Source: Octopus bimaculoides
Lineage: Eukaryota
Length of the DNA stretch: 64,000 nt
Assembly (NCBI RefSeq): GCF_001194135.2
Contig: NC_068985.1
Location: forward strand, 55,080,670-55,144,669
Direction: 5' to 3'
In this document: piece after piece, positions 36,376-50,435 of the stretch
How the letters are laid out: each line of letters opens with the position of its first letter
Numbering within the stretch: the first letter of the stretch is position 1
Program-made: the position numbers and the translations under genes
The notes under the pieces: generated by a model
Database searches by the model: none
The model's input: only the letters and a program-made list of their open reading frames with translations
Told to the model about the DNA's origin: nothing

Positions 36376-37884
36376 CTATAACAACAACAACAACAACAAC
36401 AACACCAGTTTCTTACAAATTTTATTTCCACCCACTGCTAGTTGGTTCAGTGGAAGAGGAGGTGATATTGGTGGTAAATGTTTCCCAACTTTTAAATACC
36501 TTGTGGGACACAGTACATCCCTATCAAATGCAATGTTTCTTAACTTTTCTCTTGTAATCCCCACCACTCCTTTACCATTTCATTATCCTGATTTCCCACA
36601 AACATCTCAGAAGAAAAAAGTTATTTTGTACACATTATTTATTACATAACATTAATCGGTTTCTATTTGTTTAACCCTAACATCCTTAACATTAATTAAC
36701 AGAACAAAAAAAATTAAAAATGCAAAAGAAAATGTAAATATTGAAGTAGAGATTTCTGAACTCCAAACCAATTTCCTCACTGGAATCCCCAAATTTTCCT
36801 CTGAAATTCTAAATTCCACTCCACCCAGTTAAGAATTATGGGCCTTAATCCTTTTGATATCAAACCAACTAAGACCACCTCTGCATTTATCATATAAACT
36901 TCCTGCTTTAAATTGATCTAAAAAAAACCCCAAAAACTTCCTTCTATCAGAAGTCCATATTAATTTATGTTCCAAACAACAGCTTGATAATGGAAAAGTT
37001 ATTTCATCAAATTTTTAAAAATTAATTGAAGCAAAGGCAGTATATTTCAACAGAAATATGGTAACAAAAGGGTTAAAAATATTGTATGACTATCAGTTTT
37101 TGTGTTCAGTAACTCACCAGAGATTGCTGCTTTGTTCTATGATACAAGTTCTTTGTTTTAAAGTGATTTGAATTTAAAAACCTTCCATCAAAATTCCATG
37201 TTAAGTCATGTTCCAAACACCAGCTTAATAATGACAAAGATATTTTCCTAAATCCTTCATTTTTTTTAGCATTAACTGAAATAGAGGCAGTTGTTTCAAC
37301 AGAAATGTAGTAACAAATGGGTGAAGAGCAGTCTTGTATATTTTACACAGCTGTTCGATGGACCCACACCAAACTATCCCACTCCTGCAAAAAGGGCACA
37401 GAGACCCCTTCTATCTCTCAATGTAGGACAGAGAATTGATTTAGTATTGGAGTTGATAAAACACATCTTAATATTACAATGCTACCACTGTCACCTATAG
37501 AAATAGACTTTGTATGTGTCACTAAGCAAGGTAAAAACTAGTTTCTTGATAACTGATATAGTATCAACCATTGATGGCTCAGCTGGTTGACAGATACTGA
37601 GGACTACATGCAGCAAACAACCTAATGAAAGAGCCTTTGCATGATCAATAACCCTGCAAGAAACAGCAGCCAAATCTCCTTCAAATCACACCTTGTCTTT
37701 AAAGAATAAACATACATTGAACATTTTATTTCTAGATATACCAAAACAAGACAAGGTTGTCATGTCCAGAATACCTTTGATCATAGATATGCTTGACAAG
37801 AGCTGGCCAAGACCTAAACACCACCACTGCCAACAACAACAACAAATTAGAGACTAATAGTTTGCTGAGAGCCAATGAAGACAC

Positions 37885-37921
<37 letters not shown>

Positions 37922-38479
37922 GAGTTTAGAAAATAATGCAAATAAAAATTGCATTACTTGAAACACCCTTGTATATACATGATCGCTTGTTCAATTAGAA
38001 ACAGTAGTCAAAGCTTCCTCAAATCACAGACTATGAAAATGGCCAGGACAACTACAGATGACATATGGCCAGATGAGAACACCACTACCACCACCATCAA
38101 CAAAACCATCACCAGTTTCAAAACCGATCAATCAGAACACAGTATAGCATGGTTAGAAAAAAGAAAAGATCATACTTAAATTCTAATTAAGTTACACCCC
38201 ACCCCAGCCTCATTTGTACAAGAATGTATAATGAATGTTTCTGATAAACAATGTACTCCACATCCAAACCAAAGATGATCTGTTTGTGTGTCTATGTATG
38301 TATGGGTGGATGCAAGGGGGAGTGGTGTCAAGATGGCAGAAACAGACTATCTTATTTCTAGTTTTCCAACATAATCAATTATGTATACATAGGTGCATCT
38401 TATTTTTTTTTACCATTTTACAGTATTGTTCTATTTACATATCAGATTGTTTGGTGAATGGAATACAAACACAAACACA

Positions 38480-38540
<61 letters not shown>

Positions 38541-38541
38541 A

Positions 38542-38758
38542 TGAGGGTATGCTGAAAAGTTCTTGGCTTTGGGTAAAAGAAAATACAGCAGGATCAGTTA
38601 ATTATGATTTTATTCGACATATTCCCCTCTTAGATTCACACACTTATTGCAGCAGTCCTTCAGTTTTTGTAAACCCTGTAAGAGAAATCAGAAAATTGGG
38701 CCTCCAATCAGGCCTTTCATGATATCCTTAAAGCCAGGAATTTTTCAGCACCTTCTCA
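38542..38758. mobile_element. Mariner-type MITE (~217 bp)
   Basis: TA|TGAGGGTATGCTGAAAAGTTCTTGGCTTT ... AAAGCCAGGAATTTTTCAGCACCTTCTCA: ~29-bp imperfect TIRs. Confidence 0.8.
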
Positions 38759-39197
38759 CATATATGTATATGTATCTAGAGGTATAAAAATATAAGTTTA
38801 TATGTGTGTGCGTGTATGTGTTGAAATGACAAGAAAATTTATGGAGGTGAGGGATTAGAGATATCTAGTTTTGCATTATTAACAAAATAGTTACATGTAG
38901 TGATGTCAACTTCAGCTACAGAATAACAGCCAAACAGAGCAGCTTGGCAAAGACTAAAGACCAACTTCACATAGTTAAATCATGCATTGATCACCTTGAA
39001 GTAGAACTATTCATGTTTGACATCTGTGCTTCCATACTAGCATGGGTCAGACAGAGGACATATTTGAGACAAGATTTTAAAGCTGGACACTCTTCTTGTT
39101 GACAATCTTTATTATTCCTTGATTAGCAACAAAAACAACAACAGTATTAATAAATGACAAGAATCATTCTAAATTGTTTGGTTCACACCCATACACA

Positions 39198-40365
39198 TGC
39201 AGTGTTTGAGCTAAATTTGACAATTTTATGTCTCCTTTTTCCAAAAAACAGCTTGATGTATTGGTGAACAATCAGTGGCATTGAAGAGCATAAAAATTAA
39301 AGTTGTAGTTGACAAAAAGTTAGCTGACATAGAGGACTGGAAGCCAACTGAATATTGGAAAAGAGTTAACCTGTATCATGATGATTCATGCCAGGTATCA
39401 AATCAAAATGCCAACATCAAGACTGCTGCTGAATACTCTGTGAACACTGTAAAGGCTGAAAGACATGATATGGACAGCTGCAATGGAGACTATGAAGCTG
39501 TGGCCAACAGAAAGGGACACAGCAGGTTTTCTAACTGCACCCACATGCCAGATTTCATCTGACAGCTACAGGACAAGATGATGGAAGGTTTAGGCAAGGG
39601 AATCTGGGCTTTGGTGAAGAGATGGGTGTTGGAGTCAATACCATGAAGCTGGTCCTGAATGAGGACCCTTTGCTACCACTCATACAAGAGGTGCAAGAGA
39701 GAAATTTTGACAGCCAAGAACTCCTGCCAGTACTAGTTGCACAATACCCAGAATGACAGATGGTTTGCACACAATCCATGTGGCACCCCACATATCACAA
39801 AAACCAAGTCCCCGCAAACTGTAGTGGTTTTTTGGTGTGTCCTCAGTGAGGGGGATGTCATGCTGTCCCACATCTTTGAACAACGCCTTAAGCTCAATTT
39901 AGATGACTATGTGAAACTGCAGGAAACTGATCAAACCCTAGCTGGAGAAGGTTACTGCTGGAAGACTATAAGTATGACAGCAGAATTCAGCTTCTTGCCA
40001 TTCCTCCAGATAGAGTTATAAGTGGCTGTCAGAAAATTTCTATGACTTCATCGCCCCCAATTTCTGGTCTCCCTAATTCCTCTAATTGTAATCCCATAGA
40101 TTATTATGTGAGGGTCAGAATTGAGAAAGACACCAACCACTCTGCCTTTAACATCAAGGTCAAGTTGATGTCCAAAATCAATGAGGTGTATGAAGACTTT
40201 CTCAAGAACACATGTGCCAACTTCCTAAGAGTGCCTACTCTGAGTAGCCATAATCTCTCAGCTATAATCAAGCTGATATCTTTTCGATTTTTTAAATTAC
40301 TTTTATTTTTGAATGGGATATAGTGCTTTCTTTTCCTTTTATGCAAATTTAGCCTGAACACCCTT
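39198..40365 (+). mobile_element. maT-like (DD37D) Tc1/mariner transposon relic with TIRs
   Basis: ...EEMGVGVNTMKLVLNED...HNTQNDRWFA..P...PHITKTKSPQTVVVF.CV.SEGDVM...QQNSASCH...W.PNS..CNPIDYYV; 37 codons between second and third catalytic positions after removing 1 extra nt; TIRs GTGTTTGAGCTAAATTTG / CAAATTTAGCCTGAACACCCTT|TA. Confidence 0.85.
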
Positions 40366-40889
40366 TACATATACACACACACATGTACGCAAATGTGTGC
40401 ACACAGACACTAAGTCAACCATTTTTTGAAATCATTTAGAACAATTATGCATTCTATCAACATACCAATTATTAATGCAACAGAATTCTTTATGCATTGA
40501 ACAAAATGGTTAGAGGCATTTTTTACCCAGCTCCTTACAGTCTAATCTCAAATCTTTCCTCCTTCTGAGGTCAATAGAATAAAGTATTAGTCAAATACTG
40601 AGTCCCATGGTATGGACTAAACCTTCCCTCTCAAAGTTGCTGGCCTTGTGCCTGAATTAGAAATCATTGCTACTACTACTACTACTACTAACTGCTTTTA
40701 AGAGGCTAATGAAAGTACTGGATAGGGTCAATATAACTGGGTTTCTTCTTCTCAAATTTGTGACCATCATTAAAAAATATTTTTATTATTGTTTTTAAAG
40801 AAATCTGGTAAATTTTAAATAGTAAACTAATTTATATTGTAATTAATTTAGCAGATGAGAACACCATCATCATCATCATCATCATCATC

Positions 40890-40932
<43 letters not shown>

Positions 40933-43900
40933 TGCAGGAGTAAGAAGCTTGTGTGGTGAGAAGCTTGTTTCCCAACCACATGGTTCCAGGTCCAGTCCCA
41001 CTGCGTGGCACCTTGGGCAAGTGTCTTCTGCTATAACTTTGTGCTGATCAAAGCCCTGTGAGTAGATTTGGTAGATGAAAGAAGTTCATTGTATGCATAT
41101 GTATGTGTGTGTGAGTGTGTATGTGTCTTTGTTGCTGTGTTTGAGCCCTCGTCACTGCTTGGCAAATGGTGTTAGTGTGTTACGTCCCCATAACTTACCA
41201 GTTTGGCAAAAGAGACCAATAGAATAAGAATTAGGCTTTAAAAAATAAGTCCTGGGGTCAATTTGTTTGACTAAAACCCTTTAAGGGCTGCAGTCAAATG
41301 ACTGGAACAAGTAAAAGAATAAAAGAACATATTCATATACATACACACACATCAATACACATACATACATAAAGATGCATATATACATGCACATAAACAT
41401 ACACACACACATGGATATCATCACTATTTTAACATTCACTTTTCGAAGCTTGCATAGGCTGGACAAAATTTATTGAGGCACACTTTCTATTGCTAGATTC
41501 CTTTCCTGTTGTCAAACCCTGTCTGTTTCCAAGTAGGGTAAAATTTCCCCCTGGCAGAACATGGCTTCACAGTAAACTGGAAATGAATGACACTGCTTTT
41601 ATGACAGTGACACTCACACATACAAATCTATATGACAAGCTTCTTTCAGTTTCCATCTAATAAATGCACCCACAAGGCTTTGGCTAACCTGAGGCTATAG
41701 TAGAAAACACTTACCCAAGGTGCTACATAGTGGGACTGAACCTAAAACTACATAGTTGGCAAACAAACTACTTAACTATACAGCCATACCTATATCTATA
41801 ACACACACACACACTTATATAATGTAAATAAAGTCACCTATGAGCGCACATAGGTTTCTAACAGACACATGAAAAAATCCTAACTATGCATGAAATAAAC
41901 TCTGGTTAATTATGCAATACAAACTGGTTTACTTCTAATTAATAGTAGGAATGTCTATTTATTAAGTAATTAGTGAGGTAGATTTGTTAAATGTAAAATC
42001 ATCCTAGTATTTATTAATTAATGTCATTGACATCCTTATTATTTGAACATTTGAGACTGTATATACAACTACCTTGGGAAATTTTGGAGAAATAGAATAT
42101 TATAAAGGAGAAAAAAAAAATACAAGAAATACAAATAAATTTGTTTTTTTTAAATTCATGATACTAATGAGTGCTTCAATGTGGTCTCTTAAGTTGCTGG
42201 AAATGAGTATCTAATTCCTTCAAATTCCGCAAGTACTGATTAAGAAAAAGAAAGAAGCATTATGTAGTCCCTGATGCCCCTACAAAGATAGCATGGTCAA
42301 AGCTTGAGTGTCATTTCACCACATGGCTGATTTAAGAACTAAACTTAAGATTAATATATATCTCACTATAATAAGAAATATATTTAAAAAAAAAGAGAAA
42401 CCAATGGGAGAGCCATGATGGTTGCTTGGATGTGCTAGAAATAGCAACCAAATCTCCTTCAAATCATTGGAGAATTGGAAAATATGGCTCTTGATGTACT
42501 ATAGCTAAATGACAGCATAGTCATGGCTGGAACAGATTTGATCCCAGTCTGCCTGGTCAGGGCTATCCTGGGGTTAAACAACAACAACAACAGCGTATAA
42601 ATCTAATCATTCTAGTTTCATGTTTTATCTTCTATGAACTGTTATTGTTGAATCTTAGGCTAGCTCTGATCCAGCAGACTAATGATAATAGACATTCTGA
42701 TAATGATCATCCAGACATAGAATAGCGACCCCTTGGATTACATTATCCAATGTCTCTTTTCTTTATTCACATGGTAGAATTAGAGTTGAGGAAAATTTAG
42801 CTGCTCTTTATTGCAGGTCAATTGACCACAGAAAGGTTTCTCTTTCTTTTGCTTTGATTTTACATGCATTGAAAGAATACATGCACATGTCAAAAGACAT
42901 ATANNNNNNNNNNNNNNNNNNNNNNNNNNNNNNNNNNNNNNNNNNNNNNNNNNNNNNNNNNNNNNNNNNNNNNNNNNNNNNNNNNNNNNNNNNNNNNNNN
43001 NNNNNNNNNNNNNNNNNNNNNNNNNNNNNNNNNNNNNNNNNNNNNNNNNNNNNNNNNNNNNNNNNNNNNNNNNNNNNNNNNNNNNNNNNNNNNNNNNNNN
43101 NNNNNNNNNNNNNNNNNNNNNNNNNNNNNNNNNNNNNNNNNNNNNNNNNNNNNNNNNNNNNNNNNNNNNNNNNNNNNNNNNNNNNNNNNNNNNNNNNNNN
43201 NNNNNNNNNNNNATATATATATATATATATACACATACGTCACAAATATATACACACACATCAACAGATATATACACACATGTCAACAAATATATAAGAT
43301 GATGATGATTGCCTCATCTGTCAGATGGTATCTGTCACACAATGACTGATAGCGAGACATCTGTATGTCACTGGATTTAAATGACAAAAGCATGTACAAT
43401 ATTTTTGCCTCTCTCTCGGTCATTATAGAAGGTTCCAGTGAAAAGCAGAGCAAAATAACTGGTACTATTTTGACCGCAACTTTTATGTCAGAGTATCTTT
43501 CTTCTTGAAGATCTACTGTCTCCATGAGCTTTGTCAAAAATAACAAGAGCCTGCTTGACTCCTGAAACATCTAACCCACAGATGGGATCCTGACAGGTAC
43601 TACCAGTCTAGGTTAGAATAAACCTAAGACTAATGGTGATTAAGGGGTGGCTTTATGCTCCCCACAATTTCAAATCTCCCAAACTGGAGCCTTACTACTG
43701 GATGAAGTTTATGTTATATCCAGGGATACATGAGAGCATGTGTGCATATGTGTGTGCATGCATGTGTATATACACATACACACACGTATTGAACAGACAT
43801 AGATTCCTATGTGTGTGTGCGTACATGTACATATCTTGAACAGATGTATACATATATCCACACGCTGAACAAATACACAGGTTCAATAGATGTATATGCA

Positions 43901-45886
43901 TACTTCAATGCATTAAACAAATACACACACACACACTAGGCAAGTGTTATATGCTATAACCTCGGTGTGACTCAAAAATCTTGTGAGAATTTGGTTTATG
44001 GAAACTGAAAGAAGCCCACTGTGTGTGAGCGTATATTTGTGAAAATTTGCATGTTTGTATGGATGTTGCTACAAGTGGGTGTTGTCACTTTTCTTGTCAA
44101 CAAATTGCTTGTTTGCTCCATGCCTTTGAAGACATTTGTAATACAAAAAACAAATAACTTGAAAATCAAATAAGGGTTAGCAACAGGAAAGGTATCTGAC
44201 TGTGGACAGAATGGTTCAGTAATCCATTCATTTAACCCATACTGGTATAAAAAAAAAACAAATGAACAAAGACCTTTAAAAACAGGTCATCCTTGCCATC
44301 CATGACCAACCATGAATCGTTAGCTAAGGTATGGTTGCCCCAATTATCCTAACTGTAAAATACAATGAGTGCCATGTAGAGTAAAGCAAAAGAATTAGGA
44401 GGTAAGAAGAGCGTGGGAGGAACCAAAAAAAAAAAAAAACACAGACAGTGAACAGAAAATGACTGCCTTTTGTAACCATGTTTCTATTGAAATATACTGC
44501 TTCTGTTTTGATTAAGCCAGAGAATAATGAAGAATTTAGTAGAATAACTTTGTTGTTATTTAGCTGGTGCTTGGAATATGCTAACGGTGAAATTTTGATT
44601 AGGTTTTAATTTAGATCACTTTAAAATGGTGAATCTGTATCATAGGTCTAGGGGTGATCTTAGATGGGTTAGTATCAAAAATGGTTTATTACTAGACTGC
44701 AACATATTAGAGGAGGTTTCTAGCTGTCAGTGGGATTAGTCAAGAGAGTGGTACCTGTGAAGGTGACAAGCACCAACCCATTATCAATTAACAACAATCA
44801 ATATCTTTATACCCCATTGGGAAAAGCTGTGTATGAATGTTATAGCAAGAGGTGAAGAGGAATGAGAATTCCACTAAGTGATAGGCACAGACATGGTTGT
44901 GTGGTTAAGAAGTTTACTTCTCAATCACATGGTCTTTGGTTCGGTCCCACTGCATGGCACCTTGAGCTAGTGTCTTCTACTACAACCCTGGACCAACCAA
45001 AGCATTGTAAGTGTATTTAGGAGATGAAAACTGAAGTGTGTGTGTGTATGTGTCTTGACAGATTATATAATCTCATTAAACAGATGGTGCTTTAAACAGT
45101 GTTGTTTATGTCCGGTTTCACATATAAAAAACATGTCCGGGTTGTTAGTTGTCTCACAGACTGGGATATCATTACCTCATCTGGAAATAAATAGATGTTG
45201 GCAACAGGAAAGACATCTGAGCAAAAAGGACTCTGCTCGTACCTACTCTTGTCTGGCTCATGCAAACATGGAAAAGTAGATGTTAACACAATAATGGTGA
45301 TGATGATGATGACATACGTGTGTATGAGTTTGCTTGAGTCATGACCCAGCTGGAGCACAATTTTCTTTTTCTTGTGTGAACATGACTGAATGGTTCACTG
45401 CTGTAATTACGTAGCAAGTTTTACTTTTCAGAAGAGTGTATGAAGTTGGCAGGGCAAGTAAGTTAGTGAGAACTGGCCTACTTTCATTGTGGCTGCCAGT
45501 TGCAGATGGCTGCTTCTCAAAGGAAGACTTATATCTTCTTGAGAAATGTTAAACGAAAATAAAAAAAATTCGTAATATTCTCAATCACTTTGAACAGCAA
45601 GTTTCAGAAACTATAAACAAAATTAAGCAAGTAGAGGCAAAGTTAAGTAACTACAAAAACCTGAAAATAGGATTGTTTTTAACTGAAAGTGAGAAATTAC
45701 TGAAGTTAGAGGATTGGCAATTAAGAGCTTATTAAGTTTTCTTTGCAATTACGTGGTTTTGGGGGTCAGTTTCATTGTGGGGCACCTTGGGCAAAGCTTT
45801 GTAAGTGGATTACGCCAGCAGAAACTGAAAGAAGTTTTTGAGTGTGTGTGTGTGTGTATTTATGTATGTATGTATGTATACATATA

Positions 45887-47076
45887 CACAGACATGACAG
45901 AAGTAAATAGAAACCCCATAAAACATTGTTTTATGTTCATTTTAACTTGAAAACGTTTACATTCTTTATTAACAGACATTTTTAAGTTTCAGGTTCCACA
46001 TGTGACTGTTTAATCATGCCACATACAAAAGAAGCCTTGGAACTGTCCAAACATCAAAGAGGCCGTTTTGTGGGTCAATCTGAAGGTAGACTTAATGTAA
46101 AATCGCAAAAAACCTGGGGATCCCGCTTTCTACAGTTAACAGGGTGATTGTGCAATTCACCAGAGAGGGGAAGGAGTCCACATCACCTTGTCCATGTCGA
46201 CCAGGGCCCTCTGACAAGACCCTCTCTTTGTTAAGTGAAGTGTGGAGGATAATCCTCATTGCAAGGTCTCTGACATAGCAGAAGTTGATTTCAGTCTCAG
46301 AACAGCTGTCAGGTATCTCCACAAACTTGGCTAGTATGGAGAGCAGCAATAAGGAAATCACTTCTTCAACCAGCCAAAATCAAGTGGAGAAAAGAGTGGG
46401 CCAGTGAGATGATGAAGTGGCCATGAGCATTTTGGGATACTATCATATTCTCTGATGAATCCAGGTTTGCCGTATTTTCTGACAGTGGTCAAGTGTGGGT
46501 CTGGAGACTCTGTGATCAAAAATTTGACATGAAAAGATTGCTGTGATGGTCTGAGGAGCAATTTGGAGCAATGATCAATCAGAGCTGGTGGAGTGTGAGG
46601 AAAATATAGACTCAGATAAATATGTGCCCATATTGCAGAAAGGATTCCTTCCAATCTTCTCCAGTGGTGAAATAATTGAAGAAGACTCTTTATTAATGGA
46701 AGATGGAGATATTGTCACATGGCTAATAAGACCCAAGATTGGTTGTAAAAAAATGGCATTAAAAAGATTCCATGGCCAAGCCAATCACCAGATATGAACC
46801 CTATTGAACACCTCTGGGGCATAATGGACAGGACACTTCATAAAAAGAACAAGAAAGCATCCTCAAAGCCAGATCTTTTGAGATTATTGCATGAAACTTG
46901 GCAAGAAATTCCTGAATAGAATATTCATCACCTGATCGGTAGCATGCCTTAAAGAGCATGTCTACTAAATATTAGATATTCACATTATAATAATATATAA
47001 TTTGAATGTATAATTTCAGATTTAAATAAATTTTAATGATAATAACTTCTGATTATTTACTTCTGCCATGTCTGTG
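45887..47076 (+). mobile_element. Full-length Tc1 (DD34E) transposon, transposase pseudogenised
   Basis: 23-bp TIRs CACAGACATG(A/G)CAGAAGTAAATA with 1 mismatch, TA on both flanks; IIFSDESRF...MVWGAIW...MEDG...WPSQSPDMNPIEHLW; D-to-E spacing 101 nt (34 codons minus 1 nt). Confidence 0.92.
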
Positions 47077-47419
47077 TATGTATGCATTTGCATTTCTTTG
47101 TTGTGACATTGCAAATGGAACTGTCATTCAAACAATGTCATTATTTTGCAATCTGTGAAAACCTGTCCAGTCATAGTGCTGTTTTAATTTGAAGGACTAG
47201 AGGAATATTACTCTACTAATGGACAGGTGAGAGTTGGCAGCAAGAAAAGCATTTGACCATAGTAAAATCTGCCTCAGTCAATTCTGTCTGACCCATGCTA
47301 GCATGAAAAAGTGCAAGTTACAACAATGATTTATACTGAAGTGTTACACATGGACCCCAAGACATTACCAATATCCATCCTACTGACTTTAGTAATATCT
47401 ACCCCATCAACATCAGTGT

Positions 47420-47640
47420 CATCCACCCTCAACAACAACACCATCATCCACCCTCCACCATCACTGTCATCCACCCACCACCATCACTGCCATCCACCCC
47501 TAACAACACCATCATCTACCCTCCACCATCACTGTCATCCACTCCCACCAACACCACCATCATCCATCCCCTCCCACTATCACAATCATTCACCCCTGCC
47601 ACCACTACCACCCTCATCTACCCCTACCAACATCATTCAT
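47420..47640. repeat. Degenerate (CAC/CAT)n low-complexity tract
   Basis: Direct reading; gives a spurious H/P/T-rich ORF. Confidence 0.85.
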
Positions 47641-49034
47641 AAGGCCGAAGCTTAATCCAGTTTCCATGATGTACGTATCTAAGATTACAACACTTCCCGT
47701 AGAAGAGGATGCCGCTCCATCACAGGGCTAACTTCTCAGCTTTTACTAGAAGTCATTTAAAGCTGAGTGGACAGAAGCAATGTGAAATGAAGTGTTTTGT
47801 TCAAGAACAGAATGCTCAGTCTGAGAATCAAAATCATGGTCATATGACTGCAAGTGCAACACCGTAACCATTTGGTCACACACTGCAGTACATATATACA
47901 ATAAATTAATTATAAACACATCTAAAGATATTATACAATAAGGAAATATATAGAGAAATATAACATTAAAAAATCATATCCAAGAAATAGCCAACTTCAT
48001 AAGAATTAGACACAACCTCAAACACAATAATACACAATAAATAAATAAATAAATAAATAAAACCCACACACAACTGATATAAAACTCTTTCAAATAAATA
48101 AACAAATAAATAAACAAGAAATAACAAAAATATACTATAAAAAACCCATGAAAACTGGCAAACATTTGTATCTAACAAAAACCACAAAACAAACATGGAA
48201 ACACTATATAGACTAACTAACAGCAATATCAGTCATGCAACAGCCCATGTCATGAGAACCTCAAGTAATGTATACACATTGCAATACCAAACAAAAGTCC
48301 TTATTGAAAATCTGTTACTGTAAGCTATACAGGAACACAAAAAATGTGCACTTTCCACCTGGACCATCATTTTAAGTTCTTCTTTCCAAAAAGAAATGAC
48401 AGATGGTGGTGAGGTCTAAAATCTCAAAAGCATTAGGGTAGAGGAAATCACAAAAATACCTCCAAAATACCTTGGGCCAGAAGGAACCCTTGCACTCACC
48501 AACATTTACAACTACTGGTACTAGAATTATCATATTCCCAGAATCTAGAAGCAGGGGGGGGGGGAAATCATAACAATTCTAATGCTCAATAAAAATTCTG
48601 GTGCAGTAAGATCATACAGATTCAAACCCATGGCTCACCTATGTAAAAGGAGAGAGAGGGGGGGGGGGAGAAATAGAATAGCTACCATTACCAAATGACT
48701 TGGCAACATAACCCAAGCTTTTACTAATTGTTTTAGGTAATGCCTATGAAGTTGTGAGCAGACATAGGTACTCTCTTAGTGAACCAACTCTTTAACGTGC
48801 AGAACATCAAACATGAGACAGTTGGGGGGAGAGAGGGTTACACTAGCAGTCAGCTGGTACTCATTTCAGCTGAGTAGATTGGAGCAACAAGAAATAAAGT
48901 GTCTTGTTCTAGGACACAATCTGCCAAGTAGTCCAGGAGCACACCCACAAAAATCCTCGAAAATCTTCGTTTCCTATGATGATGTTTAAACAAAATTCAA
49001 ATAGTTTAAAGTTTTATTGAATTAACCTGTTTTA

Positions 49035-49392
49035 ACCTGTAATTAGAGTTGCTTTGAGAAAAAAAATATGCAGTCGAACAGTTTAAGAACCTCTTGATAA
49101 ATTGTGTTCTAAGAATCACATTAATATGTTGATAAATAAAAAAATTAGAATTGTTTTATGAAACTAGTCTACATTTATGATTATATTAGAATTTAATTGA
49201 AACATTTAATATTTAGTTGTATTTACCTGTAATTAGAGTCACTTTGAGACAAAAATTAATGCAATAGATCTGTTTAAGAACCTCTTGTTAAATTGTGTTC
49301 TAAAAATCACTAAGATGTTGATAAATAAAAAGTTAGAATTGTTTTATGAAACCAGTCTAACTTCACAATTATATTAGAATTTAATTGAAACA
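49035..49392. repeat. Diverged tandem duplication, 190-bp period
   Basis: ACCTGTAATTAGAGT...TTAGAATTTAATTGAAACA starts at 49035 and again at 49225; the second unit runs into a MITE-like end ...AAAAGGTTAA. Confidence 0.85.
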
Positions 49393-50326
49393 CATAAGAG
49401 GTGTATTTTGGTTAGGAATATAGCAATGAAAAGGTTAACATTATTAATTCACACATATCTTTCTTAGAATCACAACATGAATTCAGACCACTATAACCAA
49501 CCATCGATCACACTACCCACAAACCCAACAAAGAAATTGCATGAAGGCTTCAACAACCAAAACCTTTCACATACACACCATTTTAAAAACTATCAACATC
49601 AACAAAGCTTTTGACTCCATTCTCTGTTGCCCACACATACAAAAATACTTCTTATCTTTTTTGCTATCTTTTTATCTGTTTCAGTCATTAGACTGCAGCC
49701 ATGCTGGGGCACTGCCTTGAAGAACTTTCAGTCAAATAAATTGACCCCAGTACTTATCTTTTCTTTTCAACTTGGTACTTATTCTAGCAGTCATTTTTTG
49801 CTGAACTGCTAGGTTACAGACATAAACAAACATTGGTTCTCAAGCAGTAGTGAGGGACAAACACAGACACAAAGACATACACACACACACACACAGAGGA
49901 CGGGTTTCTTTCAGTTTCCGTATATCCACTCACAAGGCTTTGGTCGGCCCGAGGCTATAGCAAAAGACACTTGTCCAAAGTAGCATGCAGTGGAACTGAA
50001 CCCGGAACTATGTGGTTGGAAAGCAAGCTTCTTACTACACAGCCAAGCCTGCACCACACATACAAATATTCTTAGCACCAAACAAAACATTGCTTAGCAA
50101 AGCATCTGTTAAACTGTCAAACCTACATTAAGTGTACAAGAACAACATTTCAAGAACCTGTATTTCCAGAATGGAGTACCACAGGGATCCATCTTCTCAT
50201 CTATACTTTTCAACCTGTCTTTCATTCAAACTTAGTATATTTACAATTGCATTATCAGATGTATCCTTTCTTTTTAAGAGAGCAGAAGGAAATTTGGTTA
50301 CAATTTCTAGCAGGTTAAATGACTGC

Positions 50327-50435
<109 letters not shown>

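Noticed and set aside
36376-36567. Protein-looking ORF NIAFDRDVLCPTRYLKVGKHLPPISPP with a GTAAGA donor at 36416
   Set aside because: No acceptor upstream in frame; splicing to the 36321-36375 candidate would need a 41-nt intron and would create TAG
40930-41010. tRNA-like sequences (A-box/B-box heads)
   Set aside because: They lack complete cloverleaf stems and continue into SINE bodies; they are SINE heads, not tRNA genes
42170-42260. Very strong minus-strand acceptor (CTTCTTTCTTTTTCTTAATCAG)
   Set aside because: All three frames hit stops before any reasonable donor; likely a pseudo-acceptor from an A-rich tract
43283-43570. 95-aa non-repetitive minus-strand ORF (FQESSRLLLFLTKLMETVDLQEERYSD...)
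   Set aside because: No recognised domain, no good donor site, and ORFs of this length are expected by chance in 64 kb; a tBLASTn/RNA-seq hit would reinstate it
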